From the IMG/VR virus record IMGVR_UViG_3300020213_000001: a stretch of DNA of 64,000 nt; one strand, 5' to 3'. The stretch comes from a virus. Below, in pieces: positions 38,455-48,202 of this stretch; position 1 is the stretch's first letter, and each line of letters begins with the position of its first letter. The notes under the pieces are model-generated. The model was not told where the DNA came from, did no database searches, and saw nothing but the letters and a program-made list of their open reading frames with translations. The position numbers and the translations under genes were made by a program.

Positions 38455-38734
38455 CTTTAAAACTCACGTTGATGTAATAATGACCAGCCTAGAGTCTGTT
38501 ACTCATTATTTTGAAATCTCCACAGATGAAGTTGAAAGACGTATTCTTTTGCATCTTAAAAACGAGTATATGGGAAAGCTTAAAGAGCTAGGAACTGACG
38601 TAGATATAAATAATCCCGACATAATCCATATCTACAAACAAAAAATTGCCACTATTCAAGACTTTATCTCTGATATCTCAAGTGAGATGGCAAGGAATGG
38701 AACTGAAAAGTGTGATTACTACTACGAAGACTAG
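38426..38734 (+). CDS. Hypothetical protein
   Basis: Packed ORF; exact start uncertain. Confidence 0.5.
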   Translation: MKEKQVSIIDFKTHVDVIMTSLESVTHYFEISTDEVERRILLHLKNEYMGKLKELGTDVDINNPDIIHIYKQKIATIQDFISDISSEMARNGTEKCDYYYED

Positions 38735-40035
38735 AGAGTTTTGTAAATCCTAGCGTGGTTTTCATTTGTATATTTAGCCGGTATCTTTACATTTAAAGTA
38801 ATAGAATTACCAGCAATAGCCACAATACTTCCTGCTATTTCTTCCTGTCTTTCAGCAACAACATAGATATTGTCCGATACGCTAAATAAAGAGCCATCTG
38901 TTACATGGATTGTGGTGGAATTCAAAGCAGGAGCCCTAAATTTTGAAGATTTTAATACTAACCCATACACCTCTAGAGCGTTATCGTTAGATGCTATTAG
39001 CTCATCTTGAACTGTTTTTCCAAGTTCTAGGCTGACTACATTGTTAAGCGTTCCAGTCAAAAGATTCAATCGTAAATCAATAGCTTTAAATCTCCTATCA
39101 TAAAGCCCACTACCTGTGTTGTTAATAACACCTGTTGTAAGGTTTTGACCAATAGTTCCTAGATTGGGGCTCAACTGAGATGCTCTGGTAATGATATAGG
39201 CTTGTCTTGCAATGATTTCAGTTTTAAGAACGTTAAACTCATTACTTCTAAACTTAGAAGAAGTGAAATCTGAAGCAATTAAGGCGTTATAGGCTGCCAC
39301 TGTTGCTGGCAATACCGTAGTGGTGTCAAATGTCGGATAAGCTATCCAGGCATCTAAAATAGCTATTGTGTTGGCAATATCCGCAATGGCAATATTGTTT
39401 TGAGACTGTCTAGCAATATCTGGGTCTGAGGCCAATATCTGAGCCTGTTCTAGTATTAAGAATGCCCTTAAATCGTTTATTTTTGTAATAAACAAAGGTG
39501 CCAGTGTCTGTATTGGGGCATATGGCGTATAAACCCCGTCAACCGTAGTCTTCTGTCCAGTAGATCTTTCAGGAACAGGATACCCATCAACTGTCGCAAA
39601 ATCATTAAAAATTGGAGTTAAATGGTCATCTTCTTTTGCTGTAGAGGTGGTTGCCTCTATGTAGGTTAAACCCTTTGCTTTAGAGCCACTGAAGGAAGGG
39701 AAAAACTTCCAAACCCCGTCAGCGATACTCGGCAGAACTACCTGAAAGTTGTTCGGAAAGAAGAAATTGTTGAGGATTTTTCTTGCTGAATCAATAAAAT
39801 CCTGTTCAAGCAGTGTAGTATACACCTCACCTGTTAGAAAGGAACGTTCTGATTGATACGCATTAATAATAGGAGTAATGTCGTCGGCTATTGACTTGTT
39901 GGCATTATCTTTGACTATAGCCTTAGCCCTCTCTAATTCAATCTGGTCCTTAATCATAGAAGCAGATGTGTTTTCAACGGGAATATCGATGATTTTCCTA
40001 GAAATGGCTATTCTATCTGATTGAGTCAATGGCAT
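38731..40035 (-). CDS. Probable virion structural protein
   Basis: 434 aa, CAATCTTTG motif upstream, beta-barrel-like C-terminus. Confidence 0.55.
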   Translation of the reverse strand: MPLTQSDRIAISRKIIDIPVENTSASMIKDQIELERAKAIVKDNANKSIADDITPIINAYQSERSFLTGEVYTTLLEQDFIDSARKILNNFFFPNNFQVVLPSIADGVWKFFPSFSGSKAKGLTYIEATTSTAKEDDHLTPIFNDFATVDGYPVPERSTGQKTTVDGVYTPYAPIQTLAPLFITKINDLRAFLILEQAQILASDPDIARQSQNNIAIADIANTIAILDAWIAYPTFDTTTVLPATVAAYNALIASDFTSSKFRSNEFNVLKTEIIARQAYIITRASQLSPNLGTIGQNLTTGVINNTGSGLYDRRFKAIDLRLNLLTGTLNNVVSLELGKTVQDELIASNDNALEVYGLVLKSSKFRAPALNSTTIHVTDGSLFSVSDNIYVVAERQEEIAGSIVAIAGNSITLNVKIPAKYTNENHARIYKTL

Positions 40036-40064
40036 TGTAAGTCCTTATACCTCAAAGATTGCCC

Positions 40065-40580
40065 TTATGAGCCTGACAGGAAGCTGTCTTTGTTCCAGCT
40101 AGGCCATCCGGCTATCTCTTTAGCGTCTTTATTCAGGATAGGGCTTGCCTGCTCTTTGAGGCCCGAGGAGCCGAAACCGCCACCACCACGGTCAGTGTCA
40201 TCTAGGCTGTTTACAACTTCAATTGTGACTTCTGGCTGTTTTTGTACTACCAATTGAAATAAACGTTCACCGATAGCGGGTTTGTTTTCTTCTTTATAGC
40301 TATTAGTCTTATAAAGAAGCCCAATCACCTCTCCTGAATAGTCACGATCAATCAAACCTACTGAATTGAACAACATTAGCCCTTTCTTGTGCAGGGAAGA
40401 TCTTGCAAGCAAAAAGCTGAAATGACCAGCGTCAGGCTGTACTGAAATGCCGGTGTAGACCTTAAAGTGATCTGAAAACTCCTCCACCTTGTCTGCATAT
40501 AGGTCTAATCCCGCTGCCTCTTTGGAACCTGCGGTAGGCAAGATAGCCGTATCTGACATTTTTTTTACCTTTAGCTTCAT
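40065..40580 (-). CDS. dut: Trimeric dUTPase
   Basis: AAGLDL, ARSS, GLIDRDYSGE, ERLFQL, RGGGGFGSSG. Confidence 0.95.
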   Translation of the reverse strand: MKLKVKKMSDTAILPTAGSKEAAGLDLYADKVEEFSDHFKVYTGISVQPDAGHFSFLLARSSLHKKGLMLFNSVGLIDRDYSGEVIGLLYKTNSYKEENKPAIGERLFQLVVQKQPEVTIEVVNSLDDTDRGGGGFGSSGLKEQASPILNKDAKEIAGWPSWNKDSFLSGS

Positions 40581-41230
40581 ACTATCTCCCTGTCTAAAAT
40601 TGCTTTAACCTGTCTTTCTGTTTCACTCAAAGTTCCATTGTTATCTACCTTAAAGCACCTGTCTCTAAACTCAAAAACACATCGCTCAGACGGATGGGAG
40701 TTTTCTGTAATTACCTTTTCAGCTTCATCGCGTTGGATATAAATAGGAATGAATTTAATATCAGGCATTTTATAAAAATAATCAAACTCATTAGGGAACC
40801 TACAGTCAGAGACAATGGTGACCCCATGCTTTTTAATCTTTATTTGCCTGCAGTGGATGTCTTGATCACCACCCACCCTTAGAACTTCTGTGCCTACAAT
40901 CTGAGCGATATGGCGAGGTGAGTTTAGACTCATACCAATAAAGTCATATTTAGAGTCAATTTCTACTTTTGTCATATAGATATGAAACTCCTCTAGAACA
41001 CACTGAATATCCTCGTTAGTAAGAATCTTAGGGATTTCAAACGGAATTTCCTTAAGCTCTTGCTTGTCAAACTGATTGCGCTCTAGACCAAAGACTAAGC
41101 AGCATGTATTTTTAAGCTTATTTGCAAGGGCTGTTTCTGTAGCCTCAGGCTCAAACTCGTGAATCATATGTGAAACTGTAGACTTTCCAGAAGTTTTTAC
41201 ACCCACCAAACCAATAACAAAAGTGTTCAT
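40577..41230 (-). CDS. Deoxynucleoside monophosphate kinase
   Basis: GVKTSGKST, PRHIAQIVGTEVLR, SDCRFPNE, HPSE. Confidence 0.85.
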   Translation of the reverse strand: MNTFVIGLVGVKTSGKSTVSHMIHEFEPEATETALANKLKNTCCLVFGLERNQFDKQELKEIPFEIPKILTNEDIQCVLEEFHIYMTKVEIDSKYDFIGMSLNSPRHIAQIVGTEVLRVGGDQDIHCRQIKIKKHGVTIVSDCRFPNEFDYFYKMPDIKFIPIYIQRDEAEKVITENSHPSERCVFEFRDRCFKVDNNGTLSETERQVKAILDREIV

Positions 41231-41293
41231 CTATCCTCCCTTCTCAGTATCTTATTGCAATGCCCCACCAGACTAGGACAATCCATCTAATCA

Positions 41294-41950
41294 TCATGCG
41301 CTTTGTATAACCGTTTCTACTTCAACACTATTCTTAAAAGGCTGTACGTACATCTCATAAAGGCTTGATTTTAAACGATTTCTATAAGTAATCCCCATAG
41401 GCTGTAGTATGTCTTCGTATTTACGAATTACATTCATTGCTTCCTTTAATGTTAACTTACTAATGGTTTTCTCGTCAACCTCAATCTCAATAAAATGCTG
41501 TACAGAGTTATCTTCACCCCTAACTGTGTAGAATACCAAGGTAGTGTCGTCCTTCATCTTATAGATATGGCAGGCCTTCCAGATCGAGAAGTTGCGCTGA
41601 TACCCCATCATCTCCGCACCTGCGAAAATAGTTTCAGCGGGAGTTCCATCTACTCTCCAGTTGACTTCTTTACGTTTAATGTTAGACTTAGCACCTATGG
41701 GTTTCTCTTTCATAGTCACTTCTGCACGCTTTTCAGTTGTAGCCTTTCTAAAGCGTAGGAAAGATCCGTCTGGCTTAGTGAAATAGATATCCGGCCCTTC
41801 ACAGTAGGTAAATGTTTTATAGTCTAATTCGCTTACGATAGCCTTAAACCTGTACTGACTATCACCAGTTACTTTGTATTTTGCTTCAAACTCGGTGTGA
41901 TGTGGAAGCAATTCATTTTCTAAATTTTTCAATAACTCTTTTGAATCCAT
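41294..41950 (-). CDS. CYTH-domain (triphosphate tunnel metalloenzyme) protein
   Basis: EFEAKY (ExExK), DIYF, LRFRK, FIEIE, SLYEM. Confidence 0.8.
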   Translation of the reverse strand: MDSKELLKNLENELLPHHTEFEAKYKVTGDSQYRFKAIVSELDYKTFTYCEGPDIYFTKPDGSFLRFRKATTEKRAEVTMKEKPIGAKSNIKRKEVNWRVDGTPAETIFAGAEMMGYQRNFSIWKACHIYKMKDDTTLVFYTVRGEDNSVQHFIEIEVDEKTISKLTLKEAMNVIRKYEDILQPMGITYRNRLKSSLYEMYVQPFKNSVEVETVIQSA

Positions 41951-42314
41951 TTTCCAATACCTCAATAATTATAATCATAACGCTAGTAAAAACAGCTTCA
42001 AAATACATATTAAGAGCACATAGACAGCCTATAGCAGCGCATATCCAGATTATTGCCGCTGAATTAAGGCCCTTGACTTTATTTCTGTCAAGTATAATAG
42101 CTCCACCGCCAACAAACCCAACACCACTTACTATTTGAGAAATAACCCTTCCTGCGTCAAAAACCTGAACTCCCATCAGCGTAAAAAGAGCAGCTCCAAC
42201 ACAGATTAGTGCAGAAGTCTTTAATCCTGCGTCTTTTTGCTTATACTCACGCTCCACCCCTATCAGAGTTCCACAAAATAGCGATGTCAATATAGGCAAT
42301 ACGAAGTCATTCAT
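41913..42314 (-). CDS. MgtC/SapB family membrane protein
   Basis: IGVERE, AGLKT, RVISQIVSGVGFVGGG, GLNSAAIIW. Confidence 0.9.
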   Translation of the reverse strand: MNDFVLPILTSLFCGTLIGVEREYKQKDAGLKTSALICVGAALFTLMGVQVFDAGRVISQIVSGVGFVGGGAIILDRNKVKGLNSAAIIWICAAIGCLCALNMYFEAVFTSVMIIIIEVLENGFKRVIEKFRK

Positions 42315-42379
42315 TTACTACAGTCTCACAAGTAGTCTTTACCTAATAATACCACGGTTTTTAGATACTGGGCTCAGCT

Positions 42380-43529
42380 TCACTTAAGCTTTCCAAAGAT
42401 GAATACCCTCTCCCTGTTTTGAGCTAGTCCGAAGTTTTTACTATTTACCACTTCAAAATCTACATCATATCCCAAGCTACTCAAACCCTTCAATATTTCA
42501 ATGAAGGTTTCACCCTTATTATGGTTTAGCAGTCCTTTAACGTTTTCAGCTAAAATGTATTTTGGCTTATGTTTTTCAATAATATCAAAGACATTGAAGA
42601 TAAGCTTGCCCTTCTTCTCATCCCCAAACCCCTTACGTAGACCGGAAATTGAAAGGGCCTGACAGGGAAATCCGAACGTTAAAAGATCAAACTGTGGTAC
42701 ATCATCCCTTTCTACTAACTTGGTTGCATCGTGAAAATTGGGAATGTTTGGATAGTGGTATTTTAACACACTACTGGCATGTTTATCAAATTCACAGTGC
42801 CCAACTACCTTGAATCTATCTGTAAAGCCTAGCTCAGTCCCGCCGCACCCAGAGAAAAGAGACATAACTCTTATTTCCTCATTAGAAGGGAACATGGTTT
42901 TTAGTATGTGGGCAGATACGGGGCTGGATACGCCATTACCTGCCATTTTATATTTTTGATTATCCGAAATTTTAACTACTTCACCTTTTTGATCAATGCC
43001 ACTATCTAGATGGTTATCAGGGTAACCCTGAAGCCTACAGCATTCGGTAGGTGTAAGTTTGCGGATACGTAGTGTGTTGATTTTTAATGCTTTTTGACAG
43101 ACCTTTAACGCTGGAGCTAGATTGTTCTTATCATAGACCTGGTATCCGTCTCTATACCCGTTCCAGTTCAGGTCTTCATCGCCGTGTCTTGGGTCAACTG
43201 TTCCGGCTATCACTACCCTGGCTACAAAATTTTGAGTACTCTGGTTACTACATCCATCACCCGTACTAAGTGTGTTGGCCTCACCATTTACCTTACCTCT
43301 AACGTCTACATGCTTATCTCTAGTTGATTTAGAATAGGCTACGGTTTGCACAATATAAGCTTCTTTCGATATATTAGCACTTATGCAGTTTGAAACTTCA
43401 TCATTTCTTGGAACCAGCACCTTACCTCTTCTTGGACAAAAATCTTTGCCGTCTTTCATAGATTGTTTTCTTACTTTTTTTAGCTTCATCTGTTCTGGTT
43501 TCGGTCAATGCTTTTGACTCTACCCTCAC
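42380..43529 (-). CDS. Circularly permuted C5-cytosine DNA methyltransferase (frameshift in the A7 run at 43475-43481)
   Basis: Order TRD, IX (RKLTPTECCRLQGYP), X (YKMAGNGVS), I (FSGCGG), IV (GFPCQ), VI (ENVKG), VIII (QNRERVFI). Confidence 0.85.
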
Positions 43530-43759
43530 TTATCCTTCCTGAACGAAACCATACGCTCTTGAAATTTAGATTCTTTTATAATCTTCTCTACTACCTCATT
43601 TTTAAGGTAATATTTTTCATTAACATCAACTTCTAAGATATCCATCAACCTTGGTGTCGGTATTCCGTTGTCTAGCGGAATACTGAAATCAACTAGATTA
43701 ATTTCAGGGAAATTCTTTTTAATTTTATCTTTAATCTTTAAAACACACTTAATACTCAT
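43526..43759 (-). CDS. Small split-off methyltransferase segment
   Basis: LMDILEVDVNEKYYL resembles the segment that follows motif VIII in C5 MTases; GTGA overlap with the MTase start. Confidence 0.55.
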   Translation of the reverse strand: MSIKCVLKIKDKIKKNFPEINLVDFSIPLDNGIPTPRLMDILEVDVNEKYYLKNEVVEKIIKESKFQERMVSFRKDK

Positions 43760-43834
43760 TCATCACCATCAAGCATCAAACTAACTATACAAGCCACCAG
43801 CACAATTACAGGTGACCATAGAAGTAGAATCCAG

Positions 43835-44047
43835 TCAAAACGAGTCATTTACTTTAAATGTTGCTTGAATATTTAGGAATTTAATAGGACTATAAGATTC
43901 AAACTCAATATATAGTGTACCGTTTTCAATGTAATGTTTTTTTAAAACGCCTACTAGCTCTTCCTTATCGCCCGTACCAAAGTAAACCTTGTTTGATTTA
44001 TCACGCCTACAGCCGTTTATTTGAAGATATATATCTACTAAGTTCAT
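43835..44047 (-). CDS. Hypothetical protein
   Basis: Packed ORF. Confidence 0.5.
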   Translation of the reverse strand: MNLVDIYLQINGCRRDKSNKVYFGTGDKEELVGVLKKHYIENGTLYIEFESYSPIKFLNIQATFKVNDSF

Positions 44048-44250
44048 CTCTTTTTCCCAAATATTCTCATGATTTTACTACAAACCTTCTTATACCCAGG
44101 ATCTGGCTTGTTTTCTTCTACTGGAGTATTTTTGTACGTCCTGTGTAGTGAATCACCCAAAGATGCTGAGTTTTGAAAGAAGTCGCCTTTACCTTCAGAA
44201 GACTCTTCCTCTACTTCCTTAACTCCGTCAGCGTGTATTTCATATTTCAT
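44044..44250 (-). CDS. Hypothetical protein
   Basis: ATGA-coupled ORF. Confidence 0.5.
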   Translation of the reverse strand: MKYEIHADGVKEVEEESSEGKGDFFQNSASLGDSLHRTYKNTPVEENKPDPGYKKVCSKIMRIFGKKR

Positions 44251-44501
44251 AGATCCTCTAAATCAATTGAATAATCTTTAAGGATGTCGTGAAACTTATC
44301 CTCCAACAGTCCGATAATTGCCGCTGTTTTTTCGTCTAGGTTTTGAAGCCCGTCTTCTGAATAACCGTGCTTCCTAGCCGGACGAAATACCTGAAGAAGT
44401 ATTTCGTTTAAAGCAAAAACAAGGTCTTGAGATTTTAGGCAACGGTTTAGGTTTGCCCGGTCTTCTGAACTATCTAGGTCAAACTCAAGCTTTGATTTCA
44501 T
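44247..44501 (-). CDS. Phage hypothetical protein (KLEFDL..ED type)
   Basis: Motif recalled from small phage proteins. Confidence 0.6.
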   Translation of the reverse strand: MKSKLEFDLDSSEDRANLNRCLKSQDLVFALNEILLQVFRPARKHGYSEDGLQNLDEKTAAIIGLLEDKFHDILKDYSIDLEDL

Positions 44502-44592
44502 TGGAATACCTTAAAATTGCCAGTCTATTCCTGGCTGTCACCCCACCTACCAACAAAAATTGTAGGTGAGTATTAGTAATCGCGTTACTATT

Positions 44593-44772
44593 TTAACGAA
44601 CCGACAAGGACAAGGATAGCTTTTCGGCTTTGCGACTAACGGATTTAACAGTACGACCTAGGCGGGCGGCAATTTTCTTGCTAGTCATTTTACCGGCATT
44701 GCTGAAGATAAAATTAACTGCAGCTTTTGTAAAAGGCTTTCCAGCGTTACGAACTTGGGTGGGCTTAGACAT
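44593..44772 (-). CDS. Small basic HTH protein (Myb/GcrA-like), 59 aa, not in the ORF track
   Basis: MSKPTQVRNAGKPFTKAAVNFIFSNAGKMTSKKIAARLGRTVKSVSRKAEKLSL; AGGAG RBS. Confidence 0.7.
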   Translation of the reverse strand: MSKPTQVRNAGKPFTKAAVNFIFSNAGKMTSKKIAARLGRTVKSVSRKAEKLSLSLSVR

Positions 44773-44831
44773 GATTCTCTCCTATAAAAAAAGCCTTAAT
44801 TGGCTTTTGTTGCTATTTTTATAATACCACG

Positions 44832-45110
44832 CTATTGTGTAATACCGATGTTTTCACCAGTTTCCATGTAGAATACCATTTCACCAGTGGTTTTTAGTTG
44901 ATGCCCGTCTTTATCATAAAACCTAACGATTTTAACGTCTTGCATTAGTATTAGCTCAACCGTTACTCTGTTGTTAAAGCCCATTTTCTCGTTAATTTTA
45001 AACAAATAACTTTCTACAGCTTCCCTTGGGTTTAGACTGTTCATTGCTAGTTTAATTGATTCTGTTAGATCTCTATTCATTATCGTCTTCCTCATAAATA
45101 TGTTCGTCAA
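44832..45110 (-). CDS. Hypothetical protein
   Basis: Packed ORF; true start probably MNRDLT. Confidence 0.5.
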   Translation of the reverse strand: MTNIFMRKTIMNRDLTESIKLAMNSLNPREAVESYLFKINEKMGFNNRVTVELILMQDVKIVRFYDKDGHQLKTTGEMVFYMETGENIGITQ

Positions 45111-45288
45111 TAAGATTATTAATCAGTGCTTTAATTTCCGATTTCTGAAGATTATCAACAAAAGTTAAATCATAAATCTGTAAAAGTATAACCTTCAGCC
45201 TGTCTCCACAACGCTTTTCTAGCTTATAGTTAGAGCGGGTGTGTTTGTCGTCACCACAGGATTTTTGTTTACATACTGGACAACTCAT
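45073..45288 (-). CDS. Hypothetical Cys-containing protein
   Basis: CPVC N-terminus. Confidence 0.5.
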   Translation of the reverse strand: MSCPVCKQKSCGDDKHTRSNYKLEKRCGDRLKVILLQIYDLTFVDNLQKSEIKALINNLIDEHIYEEDDNE

Positions 45289-45451
45289 TACCGATACCTT
45301 TCGTAGATAGTGTTAATAAAAATAACACTCTTGGCGTCAAATTTCAAATCAATCATCTCTAATAGTGTCGCTTGATCTTTAAAGGACAGCTCTTCCCATT
45401 TGTTTGAAAGAATTTTATATTTCATTACATGGATGGTTTGGTTTGTTAAAA

Positions 45452-45778
45452 TCAAGACAACTTCCTGTTTTTACAGTAATCAAGGTGATAACTAGGTCTG
45501 CTGGTATACCTAGCTCCGCAAATGCAAGACACACTGTCGTTGCTGATTACTTTAGGTATTTTTGTAAATAACACCATCGGGCATTCCCCGAACACTCCCT
45601 CTAGTGTAATCATAGAGTAGTCAAAGTAGTTACCTGAGTTATTATAATACACATCTCTGCGAATTGACTCAATAATGTAAGTCATACTTTCGTCAATATT
45701 GTGAGGAACAACGCAGTCCTTAGATATAAAAACTGCGTCACCTACCTCAAACCCCTTTTCCATATAGCTGCTCTCCAA
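45452..45778 (-). CDS. Hypothetical protein with C-terminal CxCG...H...C motif
   Basis: ORF track. Confidence 0.5.
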   Translation of the reverse strand: MESSYMEKGFEVGDAVFISKDCVVPHNIDESMTYIIESIRRDVYYNNSGNYFDYSMITLEGVFGECPMVLFTKIPKVISNDSVSCICGARYTSRPSYHLDYCKNRKLS

Positions 45779-46121
45779 TTGTTTTTATTCTTTCGTCCGA
45801 ATTAATAACAGAACAGAATGAAACCGAACGAATCTCAAAAGAAGTGATTCTATTGCCTTCTTTATTTTTAATTACGCACTCAACAATGGGAGTCAAGTAT
45901 CTATAAGCTTTCATATTTTCTTTAAACATATCAATGTTTTCAATAAAAAGCTCGCTCCCTTCTTTTACCACCGTAGCGTTCCCAAGCAATTTGGGTAAAT
46001 CGCCTTTAAAGTCCTGAAAGATACAAATAGTATCGTTAACTTCGATACTTGCATTTTCAGGCAACATATCTCCATTTAAGTCAGTAAAATTATCATCTAA
46101 AATCAATACCTTAAGTCTCAC
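45747..46121 (-). CDS. Hypothetical protein
   Basis: ORF track, packed. Confidence 0.5.
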   Translation of the reverse strand: MRLKVLILDDNFTDLNGDMLPENASIEVNDTICIFQDFKGDLPKLLGNATVVKEGSELFIENIDMFKENMKAYRYLTPIVECVIKNKEGNRITSFEIRSVSFCSVINSDERIKTIGEQLYGKGV

Positions 46122-46281
46122 TTTTTCTCCGCATGTTTATGAATCTTATTAACTTTAATTCTATACCCAAGTAGCTCTACAGTCAACTGCCACATGCAAT
46201 AAAAATTAACCTTTTTAAATTTCAATAACTTACCAAAGGCTGGTTTATTGGTAGACACATAGTAACTCCCTATCCTTCTGT

Positions 46282-46599
46282 TCATTTCCTCTCCTCCCAG
46301 CAATCACCTACGTTTTCAAGAATTTCTTTATATGCTTGTTGGTATCCCATTCTGTAAGCCTTCCAGATGCTGATCTCCTCTACTTGCTTTACTTTGTGTC
46401 CATGTTTTGCCACTGTTTCTGCGTTTTTAAGTAGAAGTTTACTCCATAGGCTAGACTTTGCACTAAGCATTGCAAAAAAACGGTTTCTAGACTTCTCAAG
46501 TGTTTGCTCTGGAAACGGATCTTGAATTAGCATTGAATTCCTAATATGAGTAATCCTATCCTTTACGTTCCTTTTAGGGAGTTGTAGTAGGTTGTCCAC
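46282..46599 (-). CDS. Hypothetical protein
   Basis: ORF track, packed. Confidence 0.5.
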   Translation of the reverse strand: MDNLLQLPKRNVKDRITHIRNSMLIQDPFPEQTLEKSRNRFFAMLSAKSSLWSKLLLKNAETVAKHGHKVKQVEEISIWKAYRMGYQQAYKEILENVGDCWEERK

Positions 46600-46936
46600 C
46601 CTGTTCTCCTATAATCAAGTCGTTAATGTCATCCTCGCACTGATCTAGAGCCTGTTGATCATTTGGGAATCTATCACTGCAGTAGTTTGCAACAGCATCG
46701 GCGTCAACACCCACCTTTACTTGCAGGAAATTGCGATAATCTTTAAAACATTTCTCTGATTCCAGTGTCTTATAGCCGTATCGGTTATCACAAAATAGTG
46801 CAGCTTTTTCAAAGTCAGGGCCGACAAAGGTTTCAATCTTCCTAGGAAGGCTTTCTTTAATTTTGAAATCAATTCCGCACGCAGATGTAAGAATCAAGAC
46901 AACTAGCATTTTACAATTCATTTCCTTCTCCACCAC
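46574..46936 (-). CDS. Cys-rich putative lipoprotein
   Basis: LVVLILTSAC lipobox, paired cysteines. Confidence 0.6.
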   Translation of the reverse strand: MVEKEMNCKMLVVLILTSACGIDFKIKESLPRKIETFVGPDFEKAALFCDNRYGYKTLESEKCFKDYRNFLQVKVGVDADAVANYCSDRFPNDQQALDQCEDDINDLIIGEQGGQPTTTP

Positions 46937-47175
46937 TTAAAATCTTCAGTTTTAATAACTACGTATTCTATTTGCATAAAAGGCTTACCTATATACTGCT
47001 CTACATTATCCTTCTTCCTCAGATAGCGCACCTTGCATTTAAGGCCAGTAGAGCATGGGTAAACTGCCAATATATGCAGGTAAAGATCTGCATTTGCAGC
47101 GATGTGTACCCAGTATCCGATGCCTAAGCTACTCATCGTTTTCATCAACAAAATCCAAAGAGACTTGGAAGTCAA
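46918..47175 (-). CDS. Hypothetical protein
   Basis: ORF track; start uncertain. Confidence 0.45.
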   Translation of the reverse strand: MTSKSLWILLMKTMSSLGIGYWVHIAANADLYLHILAVYPCSTGLKCKVRYLRKKDNVEQYIGKPFMQIEYVVIKTEDFKWWRRK

Positions 47176-47488
47176 AATCAGAAGCCCTTAGAAAGGTTTC
47201 CAGTTCTTCCAACACAGTCGTTAGAGTTGTTGTCTCAAAAGAAACTTCAACTGTAGAAATTTCAAGTGGATTACTAGGCTCTTTTTTAAGCGTATACTTG
47301 GCCATTTTTTTCCTTAGCGGTTATAGTTTATTTCTGAATCAGATTCAAATTCATCGTAAATTTGATCGTCTTTTTCGTCTTCTGAAAAGGTGTCACATTC
47401 TTCTGTTTCAAGGTCATCAATAAATTTTCCATACTTCATAGTTACCCCTTATTACTATATTAAATGATCACTGAGGGTATGTCAAGCT

Positions 47489-47896
47489 TTAAATTGCAGA
47501 TAAACAGGTATCAACCACAATAACCCTTGTGCCATCTACTGAAAACGAGTTAATTCCGTTCCAAGGAGCTAGAATCACTACAGAAGTGACTCCTTCTTCA
47601 ACATACCTACGTACCTGCCTGTATACGTCTGCTAGAATTCTGTCGTATTCTTTAGATTTTTCGACTATCTGGACATATAGATTGTCTATAAAATCAACAG
47701 GGTAGCGTTCGGAAATCCATAGAATGTCCCTGCAAACGCTTAGGGTATTGGGTAGGGATATTGGTTTATGTGTAAAGAGGCCTTGAGAGCCGTAATTCCA
47801 GCCTTGTGTGAATAGAATGCGAATTCTAGCCATAACGTGAGGCTCAGCATCAATAATCAGTCTGTCTTCGTGTTTAAAAACCCTTCCTAAATTCAT
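47489..47896 (-). CDS. Hypothetical protein resembling only the N-terminus of phage SNF2-type helicases
   Basis: IIDAEPHVMARIRILF...CRDILWISERYP pattern (recalled); no ATPase motifs follow. Confidence 0.45.
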   Translation of the reverse strand: MNLGRVFKHEDRLIIDAEPHVMARIRILFTQGWNYGSQGLFTHKPISLPNTLSVCRDILWISERYPVDFIDNLYVQIVEKSKEYDRILADVYRQVRRYVEEGVTSVVILAPWNGINSFSVDGTRVIVVDTCLSAI

Positions 47897-48202
47897 ACTA
47901 AAAATGAGTTTAGGATTTCGTATGATATGTAAAACCAGTGGTGTAAAAGTTCAGTTATAAAAAAAACAAAACTCAAAAAAATGTATAAAATGATTGTCCA
48001 GTATAAAAATCTCAAAAATAGTCCCTATAGTGTTTCTCTATAGTACCACGTATTATTTTGACTCTTTTAACTGTCTCCTTACTTCTCTCTTGGCTCTTTG
48101 GCGCTCTGAAGAGTTCAGATTTTTTCTGATTTTGGTTGGTTTTTTGTCGATGGATTGCTCTTCTTTCAGACGCTTGCGCTTGTATTGTGCAGTCATAGCA
48201 GC

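Noticed and set aside
44630-44824. 64-aa + strand ORF
   Set aside because: Antisense to the better-supported 59-aa HTH gene, which has an RBS and promoter
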